Positions 48,941 to 56,959 of a stretch of DNA of 64,000 nucleotides are shown here, piece after piece (positions within the stretch are counted from its first letter, which is position 1; each line of letters opens with the position of its first letter). Source of the DNA: Actinomycetes bacterium. GTDB lineage: Bacteria; Actinomycetota; Actinomycetes; JBBQFP01. The stretch is from NCBI GenBank assembly GCA_038322045.1, contig JBBQFP010000001.1:38409-102408 (forward strand), read 5' to 3'. The position numbers and the translations under genes were made by a program. Under the pieces are notes generated by a model. It was not told the origin of the DNA and searched no databases. It saw only the letters and a list, made by a program, of their open reading frames with translations.

Positions 48941-49820
48941 CACCGTCAGGTTCTCCTGGGTCGACGGCCCGGGCAACCGGTTCGTCGTCTTCCTCCAAGG
49001 CTGCGGCTTCAACTGCGTCGCCTGTCACAACCCGCACACGATCCCGGCGGCATCGGTGCGGGCGCGTGAGGTCAGCGTGACGCAGCTGCTCGACGAGATC
49101 CGGCCGCTCGAGCCTTACCTGTCAGGTCTCACCATGTCGGGGGGTGAGGCGACCAGGCAGGCGGGCTTTGTCAGGGAGCTGTTCGCGGCGGCACGGGATG
49201 ACGCGTCGCTGTCGCGGCTGACGCGCTTCATCGACAGCAACGGCGACACCGACGTCGGCACCTGGCAGGGCTTGGCACCCGTCACCGACGGCGTCATGCT
49301 CGACCTCAAGGCACTCCGCCCTGACACCCACCGATACCTGACAGGAGCTGACAACGCCCGCGTGCTCGACTCCATCAGGTACCTCGCCGGCGCGGGACTG
49401 CTCTACGAGGTGCGGCTGCTGCTCGTGCCAGGGGTCAACGACTCGCCGGCCGAGCTGCGCGAGACGGCGTCCTGGCTGCTCGCCGCGAACCCCTCGGTGC
49501 GGGTCAAGGTCAACGCCTTCCGCCACCACGGGGTGCGCGCCGCGGGTCGGGGCTGGCCGGAGGCAGACTGCGCGACCGTCGATGCCGCGTGCGAGGTGCT
49601 GCGGTCAGCAGGCGTCACCGGTCACGCGGCGACGGAGGAGCCGGCGGCGGCGAGCACCGCGTCCGGACGCTCCTCGGGCACGACGTGCCCGCAGCCGGGA
49701 AGGACCTCGACCTCCCTGTCTGTGGCATGGCCCTCCCAGCCCCGCAGGAGCGCGCCCACGACGCCTGGCTGCTCGACCAGACGGCGGCCGAGCACCGGGG
49801 AGGCGAGCACTACCTGGTAG
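48912..49820 (+). CDS. yjjW: Glycyl-radical enzyme activating radical-SAM protein (YjjW/PflA type)
   Basis: SWVDGPGNRFVVFLQGCGFNCVACHNP has the CX3CX2C motif at 49002-49025. SGGEAT is a SAM-binding motif, and LLVPGVND is present. The start overlaps the yjjI end (GTG 48912, or GTG 48933). The last about 65 aa look like a non-conserved read-through tail. Confidence 0.85.
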   Translation: MRAPLGLVADTVRFSWVDGPGNRFVVFLQGCGFNCVACHNPHTIPAASVRAREVSVTQLLDEIRPLEPYLSGLTMSGGEATRQAGFVRELFAAARDDASLSRLTRFIDSNGDTDVGTWQGLAPVTDGVMLDLKALRPDTHRYLTGADNARVLDSIRYLAGAGLLYEVRLLLVPGVNDSPAELRETASWLLAANPSVRVKVNAFRHHGVRAAGRGWPEADCATVDAACEVLRSAGVTGHAATEEPAAASTASGRSSGTTCPQPGRTSTSLSVAWPSQPRRSAPTTPGCSTRRRPSTGEASTTW

Positions 49821-50202
49821 GCGAGCGCCAGGCGTTGCGCAGCGCGACGGACGACGGCGGCCACGGGTGGACGATGCCCAGCGCCGTGAGGCTTCGGAAC
49901 CGCTCGGGCGCGCGCAGACCTGCGAGGAACCCCACCCAGCCGCCCCAGTCGTGCCCGACGAGGTCGACCTCGTCGAGCCACTCCGCGTCGAGGAGGTCGA
50001 GGAGGTCGTCGACGAGCGTCTCCTTGTCGTACGGGCCATCGGGGACGGAGCTCCAGCCGAGACCCCGGAGGTCGGGCATGATCACCCGGTGGGTCCTCGA
50101 GAGCTCGGGGACGACCCTGCGCCACTCGTACCGGTGCTGCGGCCACCCGTGGAGCAAGACGATCGGCGGACCGTCGCCGGCCTCGGCGACGTGGACGCGC
50201 AC
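49622..50202 (-). pseudogene. Alpha/beta-hydrolase remnant (frameshift near 49824 and probable internal deletion)
   Basis: The N-terminal fragment reads MRVHVAEAGDGPPIVLLHGWPQHRYEW...LVGHDWGG...IVHPWP..LRNAWR, ending at stop 49810. The C-terminal fragment continues in another frame: LAYQVVLASPVLG...LLRGWEGHATDREVEVLPGCGHVVPEERP. The combined length of about 190 aa is roughly 100 aa short of this family. Confidence 0.65.
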
Positions 50203-50206
50203 GGAA

Positions 50207-51979
50207 CTACCGACGCGGGGGCTTCGCCGTGTCGCGGTCGAGGCGCACCGGGACCTTGCGGCCCTTGATCGTCGTCCCTCGCAGCGCCCGGACGACGTCG
50301 TCCGCGGCGGCCTCAGGCACCTCGACGAGGGAGAAGTTGTCGGTGATGTCGATGGCGCCGACGTCGCGACCGCGAAGCTCGGACTCTCCGGTGATCGCGC
50401 CGACGAGGTCCTGCGGCCGGACGCCCACCTTGCGGCCCGCCGCGACGTAGATCTTCGTCATGCCCTCGCCCCGCACCCGACCGGCCTTGCCGCCGCCGCC
50501 GCCGCCCTTGCGCGGTCCCGTGCTCTCCACCCGGTCGGGCCGGTCGGCCCGCAGGGGCGCGTCGGGGATGTCGACGTCGTCCTCCGCGGGCCCGGTCGCC
50601 TCGTGGGCCAGCTTGACGGCGGCGAGCGCGACCTCCATGACGTCGAAGCTGTCGACGAGGGTCTCGACGACCACCCGGTAGGACTCCAGGTCGTCGCCGA
50701 GGAGGATCTCGTGAAGCGAGGCCCGGGTGAGCTCGAGGCGCCGAGCACGCAGGTCGGCGACGCTCGGGACCTTCTCGACGACGATCTTCTGCTTCGTCGC
50801 CCGCTCGATGGTCTTGAGCATCCGGTGCTCGCGGGGCTCGGAGAGGGTGATCGCGACGCCCTCCCGGCCGGCCCGGCCGACGCGACCGATGCGGTGGGTG
50901 TAGGCCTCGGGCGAGGACGGGACGTCGTAGTTGACCACGTGCGTCAGCTGGTCGATGTCGAGCCCGCGGGCGGCGACGTCGGTGGCCACGAGGAGGTCGG
51001 CGGTCCCGGCCCGGAGCCGGCCCATGACCCGGTCGCGCTGCTCCTGGTTCATCCCTCCGTGCAGCGCCTCTGCCCGGTAGCCGCGGCCGTTGAGCGTCTC
51101 GGTGAGGTGGTCGACCTCCTCGCGGGTGCGGCAGAACACGAGGGCGGCGGTGGGCTGCTCGAGGTCGAGGAGGCGGCCGAGCGTCGCAGCCTTGTGCGCC
51201 CGGGCGACGACATAGGCGGTCTGTCGGACCTTTGGCGCCTCCCCCGCGGCGGCAGGCTCCGCGCGCAGCTGGATCCGACGCGGCTCGCGCAGGTGGCGAG
51301 CCGCGATGGCGTTGATCCGGGCCGGCAGGGTCGCCGAGAACAGCAGGGTCTGCCGATCGGTCGGGGTCTCGGTGAGGATCGCCTCGATGTCCTCGGCGAA
51401 GCCCATGTCGAGCATCTCGTCGGCCTCGTCGAGAACGACGACTGCCAGGGCTGAGAGATCGAGAGTGCCACGGTCGAGGTGGTCCTGGGCCCGGCCCGGG
51501 GTCGCGACGACGACGTCCACGCCTCGGGAAAGCTCTCGCAGCTGGCGCACGATCGGCTGACCGCCGTAGATCGGCAGCACCCGGGCACCGAGGCCGCGGC
51601 CATAGCGGTGGATCGCCTGGCTGACCTGCATCGCCAGCTCACGGGTCGGCACCAGCACCAGGGCGCTGGGGGCGTTTCCGCGGTGCCCGACGGCCAGCCG
51701 CTGCAGGATCGGCAGCGCGAAGGCTGCTGTCTTACCGGTGCCGGTGGCGGCCTGGCCGAGCACGTCGTGGCCTTCGATCAGCAGCGGGATCGCCTCGCGC
51801 TGGATCGGCGTGGGCTCCTCATAGCCCAGGTCGGTCAGGGTCGCCAGCAGCTCGTCGCGCAGACCGAGGTCGGCGAACGACGTGTCGGTCGCGCCCGCGT
51901 CGGTGCTCGGCTCGCCGCCGCTCTCGCGTCGGTCGTCGGTGTCGGGGGCGGTCTCTTCTTGCTGATCGGACGAGCTCAT
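50207..51979 (-). CDS. deaD: DEAD-box ATP-dependent RNA helicase with C-terminal DbpA-type RNA-binding domain
   Basis: It has a Q-motif (FADLGL...PTPIQ), AATGTGKT, DEADEMLDMGF, SAT, ARGLDI and HRIGRVGRAG, plus a C-terminal YVAAGRKVGVRPQDLVGAI segment. The start is ATG 51979, or ATG 52006. Confidence 0.93.
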   Translation of the reverse strand: MSSSDQQEETAPDTDDRRESGGEPSTDAGATDTSFADLGLRDELLATLTDLGYEEPTPIQREAIPLLIEGHDVLGQAATGTGKTAAFALPILQRLAVGHRGNAPSALVLVPTRELAMQVSQAIHRYGRGLGARVLPIYGGQPIVRQLRELSRGVDVVVATPGRAQDHLDRGTLDLSALAVVVLDEADEMLDMGFAEDIEAILTETPTDRQTLLFSATLPARINAIAARHLREPRRIQLRAEPAAAGEAPKVRQTAYVVARAHKAATLGRLLDLEQPTAALVFCRTREEVDHLTETLNGRGYRAEALHGGMNQEQRDRVMGRLRAGTADLLVATDVAARGLDIDQLTHVVNYDVPSSPEAYTHRIGRVGRAGREGVAITLSEPREHRMLKTIERATKQKIVVEKVPSVADLRARRLELTRASLHEILLGDDLESYRVVVETLVDSFDVMEVALAAVKLAHEATGPAEDDVDIPDAPLRADRPDRVESTGPRKGGGGGGKAGRVRGEGMTKIYVAAGRKVGVRPQDLVGAITGESELRGRDVGAIDITDNFSLVEVPEAAADDVVRALRGTTIKGRKVPVRLDRDTAKPPRR

Positions 51980-52209
51980 CTGCGGAAAGACTCCTGAGGC
52001 GGCCATGTGGCCACCGGACGACGACGGGGATTCGGCGCAGCAGCACGTGGCTGGCCTGGCGTGCGTCGGAGTCAGCGCAAGAGCGCCGCGCAGCGACCCC
52101 CCATCGTCCCACGCCGATCGCGCCACCGCCGCCGTGCCGCGCTCGCCCGCGGAGCCGGCCAAGCCGGTGAGACGCGACACTAGGCAGTGTCGAACTCAGA
52201 GGAGCCCCC

Positions 52210-52572
52210 ATGTTTGAACGGCTGCACCACATCCAGCTGGCGATGCCGGTCGGCGAGGAGTCGGTAGCCCGCGACTTCTATCGCACGGCGCTGGGCCCGG
52301 CCGAGGTGGCCAAGCCCCCCGTTCTCGCGGCGCGTGGCGGTGCCTGGTTCCGCGCTGGTGGCGTCGAGCTGCACCTCGGCGTCGAGCCGGATTTCCGACC
52401 CGCTCGCAAGAGCCACCCCGGCATCCTGGTCACCGACCTCGACGCGCTCGCGCAGCGGCTGACCGAAGCCGGGCACGCTGTCACCTGGGACGACGACCTC
52501 CCGGGCTTCCGGCGGTTCTACGCTGCCGATCCGTTCGGCAACCGCCAGGAGCTCCTCCAGGCGCGCATCTGA
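52210..52572 (+). CDS. VOC/glyoxalase-family protein
   Basis: 120-aa ORF reading HHIQLAMPVGEESVARDFY...HLGV...HPGILV...RFYAADPFGNRQEL. GAGGAG lies upstream. Confidence 0.85.
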   Translation: MFERLHHIQLAMPVGEESVARDFYRTALGPAEVAKPPVLAARGGAWFRAGGVELHLGVEPDFRPARKSHPGILVTDLDALAQRLTEAGHAVTWDDDLPGFRRFYAADPFGNRQELLQARI

Positions 52573-52663
52573 CCCAGCCGCGGCGCCAGGCATCAGCTGA
52601 CACCTCCGGGGGCAGGAGGTCCTCGGGCACGGCCGTGCCCTCGGTGGTCGACGTGGAGGACGC

Positions 52664-53536
52664 ATGCTCGGTGGACTGGCCCGCACGTGGAGCGCCCGCA
52701 GCCTCGAGGACCGCGTCGTCGTCGTCACCGGGGCCACCGCAGGAGTGGGTCGGCAGACGGCGCTGCGCCTGGCGCGCGGCGGCGCCATCGTCGTCGGCGT
52801 CGCCCGACGCGCCGAGGTGCTCGCGCAGGTCGCTGCCGAGGAGTCACGCGTGCACCCCTGGGTCTGCGACATCACCGATGACGCCGGGCGCGCGGCCCTC
52901 GTCGAAGGCGTCCTCTCCGAGCACGGCCGCATCGACGCCCTCGTCAACAACGTCGGCATCGGGTGGTCAGGGCTCGTCGAGGACATGACCCTCGAACAGG
53001 TGCGCCGGCTCGTCGAGACCAACGTCGTCGCCCCGATCGACCTCACCCGCCTCGTCCTGCCCTGGATGCTTGCTCGCGGCGAGGGCGACGTCGTCCTTGT
53101 CGCCTCGGTTGCCTCGTGGTTCGCCGTCCCTCCCCTCACCGTCTACTCGGCGACGAAGTACGCCGTGGAAGGCTTCACCGAGGGGCTGCGCCGTGAGGTC
53201 ATGGCAAGGGGGGTGCGCGTCCACAGCGTCCACCCCGGCCTCGTTGCGACGGAGTTCGCCGCTCGTTCTGCGGGCGAGGTCCCTGGTGAGGTCGACGGTC
53301 CCCCGGCGCCCGGGCCCGGGATGCCCCCGGACGTCGTCGCCGCGGCGATCGAACGGCTGCTGCGCGGCCGCGGTTCGCACAGCATCGCCGTGCCTCGGAT
53401 CCTCGGTGCCACGCGCCTGACCAAGCTGCCGGGGCTCGCTCCGGTGACCGACGTCGCCATGGCCCTCGGCGCCCGGCCGCTGGCACACGTCGGGCGCATG
53501 GTGGCCGAACGCGCGGCCGGACCCTTCCAGCGGTAG
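52664..53536 (+). CDS. Short-chain dehydrogenase/reductase (SDR)
   Basis: VVVVTGATAGVG is a TGxxxGxG motif. NNVGI is present, and YSATKYAVEG is the YxxxK motif. Confidence 0.92.
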   Translation: MLGGLARTWSARSLEDRVVVVTGATAGVGRQTALRLARGGAIVVGVARRAEVLAQVAAEESRVHPWVCDITDDAGRAALVEGVLSEHGRIDALVNNVGIGWSGLVEDMTLEQVRRLVETNVVAPIDLTRLVLPWMLARGEGDVVLVASVASWFAVPPLTVYSATKYAVEGFTEGLRREVMARGVRVHSVHPGLVATEFAARSAGEVPGEVDGPPAPGPGMPPDVVAAAIERLLRGRGSHSIAVPRILGATRLTKLPGLAPVTDVAMALGARPLAHVGRMVAERAAGPFQR

Positions 53537-53685
53537 GACTGCCACCCTGGCGGACCCCCGCGCCAGCATCCGACGAGGCGAGCACCGGGGCGGCCACGAG
53601 CGCCGCGGGAGATGGACGACGACGCAGCCGGCGAGATGGTGTCCGGGCCGCGCGGCTTCCTCGGTTACCTCGGCCCCACGCCGGG

Positions 53686-54561
53686 CTACAGCTCCCTCGT
53701 GCGCGCCTTCGGCCGTGCGGTCCGGCTACGGGCGGGACGGGGTGTGCGGTCGGGGTCCGAGATCCGGGTCGAGGACTGACCCCTCGGCCCGGGCGCGGCT
53801 GACCCGACGTCCGTCACGAGAGTCAGCCGGACCGGCTCGGGAGCTGCCGTCGTCGGCTCGACGCGGAGCCGACCGGCGGCCGGCACGCCCGGCCATCCGG
53901 CGCGGGAGCCGCCGTAGGCGCCCCGTCGCAGCGCCCGGACCACCGGTGCCCACGTCTGCGCGCCCGCCGGGGTCGCGAAGGGGTCGAAACGCAGGGCGTC
54001 GTCGTCGCCTCGCACCGGGCCGCGAACCTCGAGCGCCCCGACCGGGCGCCAGGGGCCTCTCGGCGTCGCGACGACGACGTCGAAGTCGAGGTCCCGGCCG
54101 CCAAGGCGCAGCGCGAGGGTCCGCAGCGACGGCGGCGCGAAGACCCGGCTCCGCGGGACCAGCCCGAGCAGGAGGAGCCCACGCGAGGTCTCGAAGGGCA
54201 CGAGCGTGGAGTACGCCGAAGCCCAGTCGAGGCCAGGCAGGAGGAGGTGGCGCAGGCCAGGGCTCATGCCGGTCGTGGCGAGCAGCAGGTCGGCGTCGCC
54301 ATCCGCGGCGGGGATGCGCAGCGCGAGACCGAGGACGTCCGGTGACGCGCCCGGCAGTCCGACCGCCTTGGACATCCGCACGAGCACGCTGCGTCGGGAT
54401 GCGTCGTCGAGCAGCGGCACTCCCGTCGCGGCGGTCCCGTCGAGGGCGAGGGTCGCGTCGGCGAGCCACCCCTTCGGGTGCAGCGGCCGCGCCCGGCGCA
54501 GACGGGAGGCCACACCGAAGGTGATGCCGGCCGGGACAGCGACGAGGGAACCGAGATCCAT
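53686..54561 (-). CDS. Hypothetical protein (weak catalase-core-like motifs)
   Basis: 291-aa ORF with good codon bias. The motifs RPLHPKGW...VRMSKAVGLPGASPDVLGLALRI recall the catalase VHAKG / RFS..G..GS.D..RD.RGFA.K pattern. The basic C-terminal tail may be spurious. Confidence 0.55.
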   Translation of the reverse strand: MDLGSLVAVPAGITFGVASRLRRARPLHPKGWLADATLALDGTAATGVPLLDDASRRSVLVRMSKAVGLPGASPDVLGLALRIPAADGDADLLLATTGMSPGLRHLLLPGLDWASAYSTLVPFETSRGLLLLGLVPRSRVFAPPSLRTLALRLGGRDLDFDVVVATPRGPWRPVGALEVRGPVRGDDDALRFDPFATPAGAQTWAPVVRALRRGAYGGSRAGWPGVPAAGRLRVEPTTAAPEPVRLTLVTDVGSAAPGPRGQSSTRISDPDRTPRPARSRTARPKARTREL

Positions 54562-54621
54562 GCAGCGAGGCCTACCCCGGGGCGCCCCCGCCGACGCGAG
54601 GCCTCCGGGACGAGCGCTGCC

Positions 54622-55674
54622 TCAGGGGCCGTAGTGGGCGACGATCCGCCGACCGGGCCCGTCGACCGTCATCCGGCCGCCGTAGGGCAGGACCCACTGG
54701 GGGTCGGTGTGGCCGAGGTCGACGTCGAGGACGACCGTCGCCCCCGGGTTGTAGCGCTCGAAGGCCTCGAGCACGGCCCGGTGCTGGTCATCGCGGAACG
54801 CCGCGCGCTCCGCGGGCGGCCTCGGCGCCTCCAGCGAGGTCGCCCGCGCCAGGCCGACGACCGCGGCGGGGAACTGCTCGAGCAGGCCGCGCTCCCCCAT
54901 CGTGCGCAGCACCCGGAAGACCTCGAGGGCGCTGGGCATCTCCTCGGAGGTCTCGAGCAGGAGGATGCAGCCGGAGTAGCGCTCGACGGGGTGGACCCAG
55001 CGGCTGACGGCGAGCGTCCACGAGAGGATCTCGAGGTTCCCGCCCCACGTCGGTGCCGTGACGACCCGGTCGGCCTGGTGCCATCGCCACGGCGGGCTCG
55101 GCAGGCGGGGCGACGCCTGCGTGAGCGCCTCGGGCCGGTCCCAGGAGACGTCGTCCTCGCCGAACTCCCCGACCGGCTCGACGACGAGGTCGCCACCGTC
55201 GAGCAGCGCCGCCCGAAGGCTGTCCCGGGACACGGGGTGCAGCGCCCCGCCGCGGCCGAGATGCACCTGGGTCGAGCCCCCGTGGTAGCCCGCCACCCCG
55301 TGGAACCACAGCCAGCTGAGGAGGTTGGTGTTGTCGCTGTAGCCGAAGAAGGGCTTGGGGTCGGCCCGCACGACCTCAGGGTCGAGGTGAGCCAGCACGG
55401 TGATCTGGTCGTCGCCGCCGATGCTCGCGAGGACGGCGCGGATCGTCGGGTCGCCGAAGGCCGCCATGAGGTCGGCGGCCCGCGCCTGCGGGGAGGCGCC
55501 GACCTGCCTCGTCGTCGGGTACTCGACCGGCTCGACGCCGATCTCCTCGCGCAGCCGCCGCATGGCGAGCTCATGCACCGCAGGATGGGCCCCAGGCGCC
55601 GCCCACGACGGGGAGACGACGGCGACCCGGTCACCTCGGCGGGCGAGCGGGGGAACGACGGGTGCGAGCGTCAC
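54622..55674 (-). CDS. LD-carboxypeptidase / peptidase S66 (MccF-like)
   Basis: Called from GTG 55674. The product has VAVVSPS, ASIGGDD, the nucleophile motif FFGYSDNTNLL, LLLETSEE and DLGHTDP. Confidence 0.85.
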   Translation of the reverse strand: MTLAPVVPPLARRGDRVAVVSPSWAAPGAHPAVHELAMRRLREEIGVEPVEYPTTRQVGASPQARAADLMAAFGDPTIRAVLASIGGDDQITVLAHLDPEVVRADPKPFFGYSDNTNLLSWLWFHGVAGYHGGSTQVHLGRGGALHPVSRDSLRAALLDGGDLVVEPVGEFGEDDVSWDRPEALTQASPRLPSPPWRWHQADRVVTAPTWGGNLEILSWTLAVSRWVHPVERYSGCILLLETSEEMPSALEVFRVLRTMGERGLLEQFPAAVVGLARATSLEAPRPPAERAAFRDDQHRAVLEAFERYNPGATVVLDVDLGHTDPQWVLPYGGRMTVDGPGRRIVAHYGP

Positions 55675-55724
55675 GGGTCCAGTCTCTCGCACGGCTGCCC
55701 GATTCGAGCACGTTTGGTCAGAGG

Positions 55725-55945
55725 ATGCCCCCGCGCCTTGCCCCGTTGGCTCCGGCCGCGCTCGAGGAGGCGCTGCGCCACCTGCGCGAGCGGCGTCACG
55801 AGCACACCGGCCGTACGCTCGCGAAGCAGCCGAGGACGAGGAGGGCGGCCGTGGCCTGCTCCTCGTCGAGATGATCGCCCAGCGGTGGGGCGTGGACCCC
55901 CTGCCCAGCGGCAAGCGGGTGTGGTTCGAGCTGCCCTGGCCGTGA
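55725..55945 (+). pseudogene. Possible remnant of an HATPase_c-type anti-sigma/ATP-binding protein
   Basis: The final 40 codons (frame of ORF 55400..55945) read EDEEGGRGLLLVEMIAQRWGVDPLPSGKRVWFELPW, the typical C-terminus of RsbW/SpoIIAB-like ATPases. The upstream part is in another frame (MPPRLAPLAPAALEEALRHLRE...), and the central about 70 aa of the fold are absent. Confidence 0.4.
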
Positions 55946-55955
55946 CGGGACCGGG

Positions 55956-56198
55956 TCAGCCGGCCGGCGGCTGGGCGCTGGGCTCCCGCGGCGCCGGACG
56001 GACGACGACGTCGCTGAGCAGCACCTCCGTGGCGCGCACGACGGCCTCGACCGCCGCATCGAACGCCTCCCGGTTGCGCGCCGACGGCTGGCGCATCCCG
56101 GCAATCTTCCTCACGTACTGCAGGGCTGCCGCCTGGACGTCGTCGGCGGTGACGTCATCGGTGTACGGCGGGCGCAGGGTCTTGATGCTCCGGCACAT
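55956..56198 (-). CDS. DUF2277 domain protein
   Basis: 80-aa ORF reading MCRSIKTL...DDVQAAALQYVRKIAGMRQPSARNREAFDAAVEAV, a characteristic DUF2277 N-terminus. Confidence 0.8.
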   Translation of the reverse strand: MCRSIKTLRPPYTDDVTADDVQAAALQYVRKIAGMRQPSARNREAFDAAVEAVVRATEVLLSDVVVRPAPREPSAQPPAG

Positions 56199-56802
56199 GG
56201 CGCGACGCTACGTCCCGACGACGACGCACGACCAGCCACCCAGCGGCACAGGCGCCCAGCGAGCCGAGGAGGAGGTCGCCCAGGGTGTCCTGGTAGGCGC
56301 TCGCCAGCTCGGTGCCATGCCTGATGAACAGCACCCACTCGGCGAGCTCCCAGGCGATGGCCAGCAGCGCTCCGAGCCCGCCGATCAACCACCCCAGCGC
56401 CCACCGCGGCCGCACGTCGGCGGCAGCGAGCAGCAGGCCGACGCCGAGGCTGAGCAGGAACCAGTTGACGAGGTGGTTGGCGTCGTCCCACCAGGCGACC
56501 CGGTCGTAGAGGTCGAGCGTGTTGCCCGAGATGTCGACGAGGAAGGGAAGCATGATGAGCAGGAACGCCGACCACGGGAGCGCCCGTGGAGTCGCGGCGC
56601 GCCGACGTCGCCGGGCGTAGATGGCGGGCACGAGGAGCATGAGGGCCGGGTAGGCGACGAGACGGCCGGCGAAGCCCTTGCCCTGGAACTGGTCGAGGTC
56701 GCTGACAGCGCCCACGGCGAGCTGGAGCACCGTCAGGGCGAGGACGACGACGCACGCGACGCGAGCCCGGTTCTGGGTGCTGACGGCGCTGACGGCGTTC
56801 AC
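56155..56802 (-). CDS. Integral membrane protein (hypothetical)
   Basis: GTG 56802 is preceded by GAGGG-N6. The 215-aa product has 5-6 hydrophobic helices. Its 3' end overlaps the DUF2277 start by 44 nt. The upstream part of the 450-aa ORF is off-frame junk opposite the 56960-58216 gene. Confidence 0.65.
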   Translation of the reverse strand: MNAVSAVSTQNRARVACVVVLALTVLQLAVGAVSDLDQFQGKGFAGRLVAYPALMLLVPAIYARRRRRAATPRALPWSAFLLIMLPFLVDISGNTLDLYDRVAWWDDANHLVNWFLLSLGVGLLLAAADVRPRWALGWLIGGLGALLAIAWELAEWVLFIRHGTELASAYQDTLGDLLLGSLGACAAGWLVVRRRRDVASRHVPEHQDPAPAVHR

Positions 56803-56959
56803 GAGCCACCCTCTTGGTGCCAGGAGCGCTCGGCAGCCTGGCTGCCCCGGGTGCCCGGAGGGTCCTGCATGCCGCCGACCGCGGTCGCCGCGGGAGGGTC
56901 TTCTCGCCCCCAGGGATCGGTCTCCACCCCAGGGACTGTGCCAGAGCCGGCGCCTCCGG

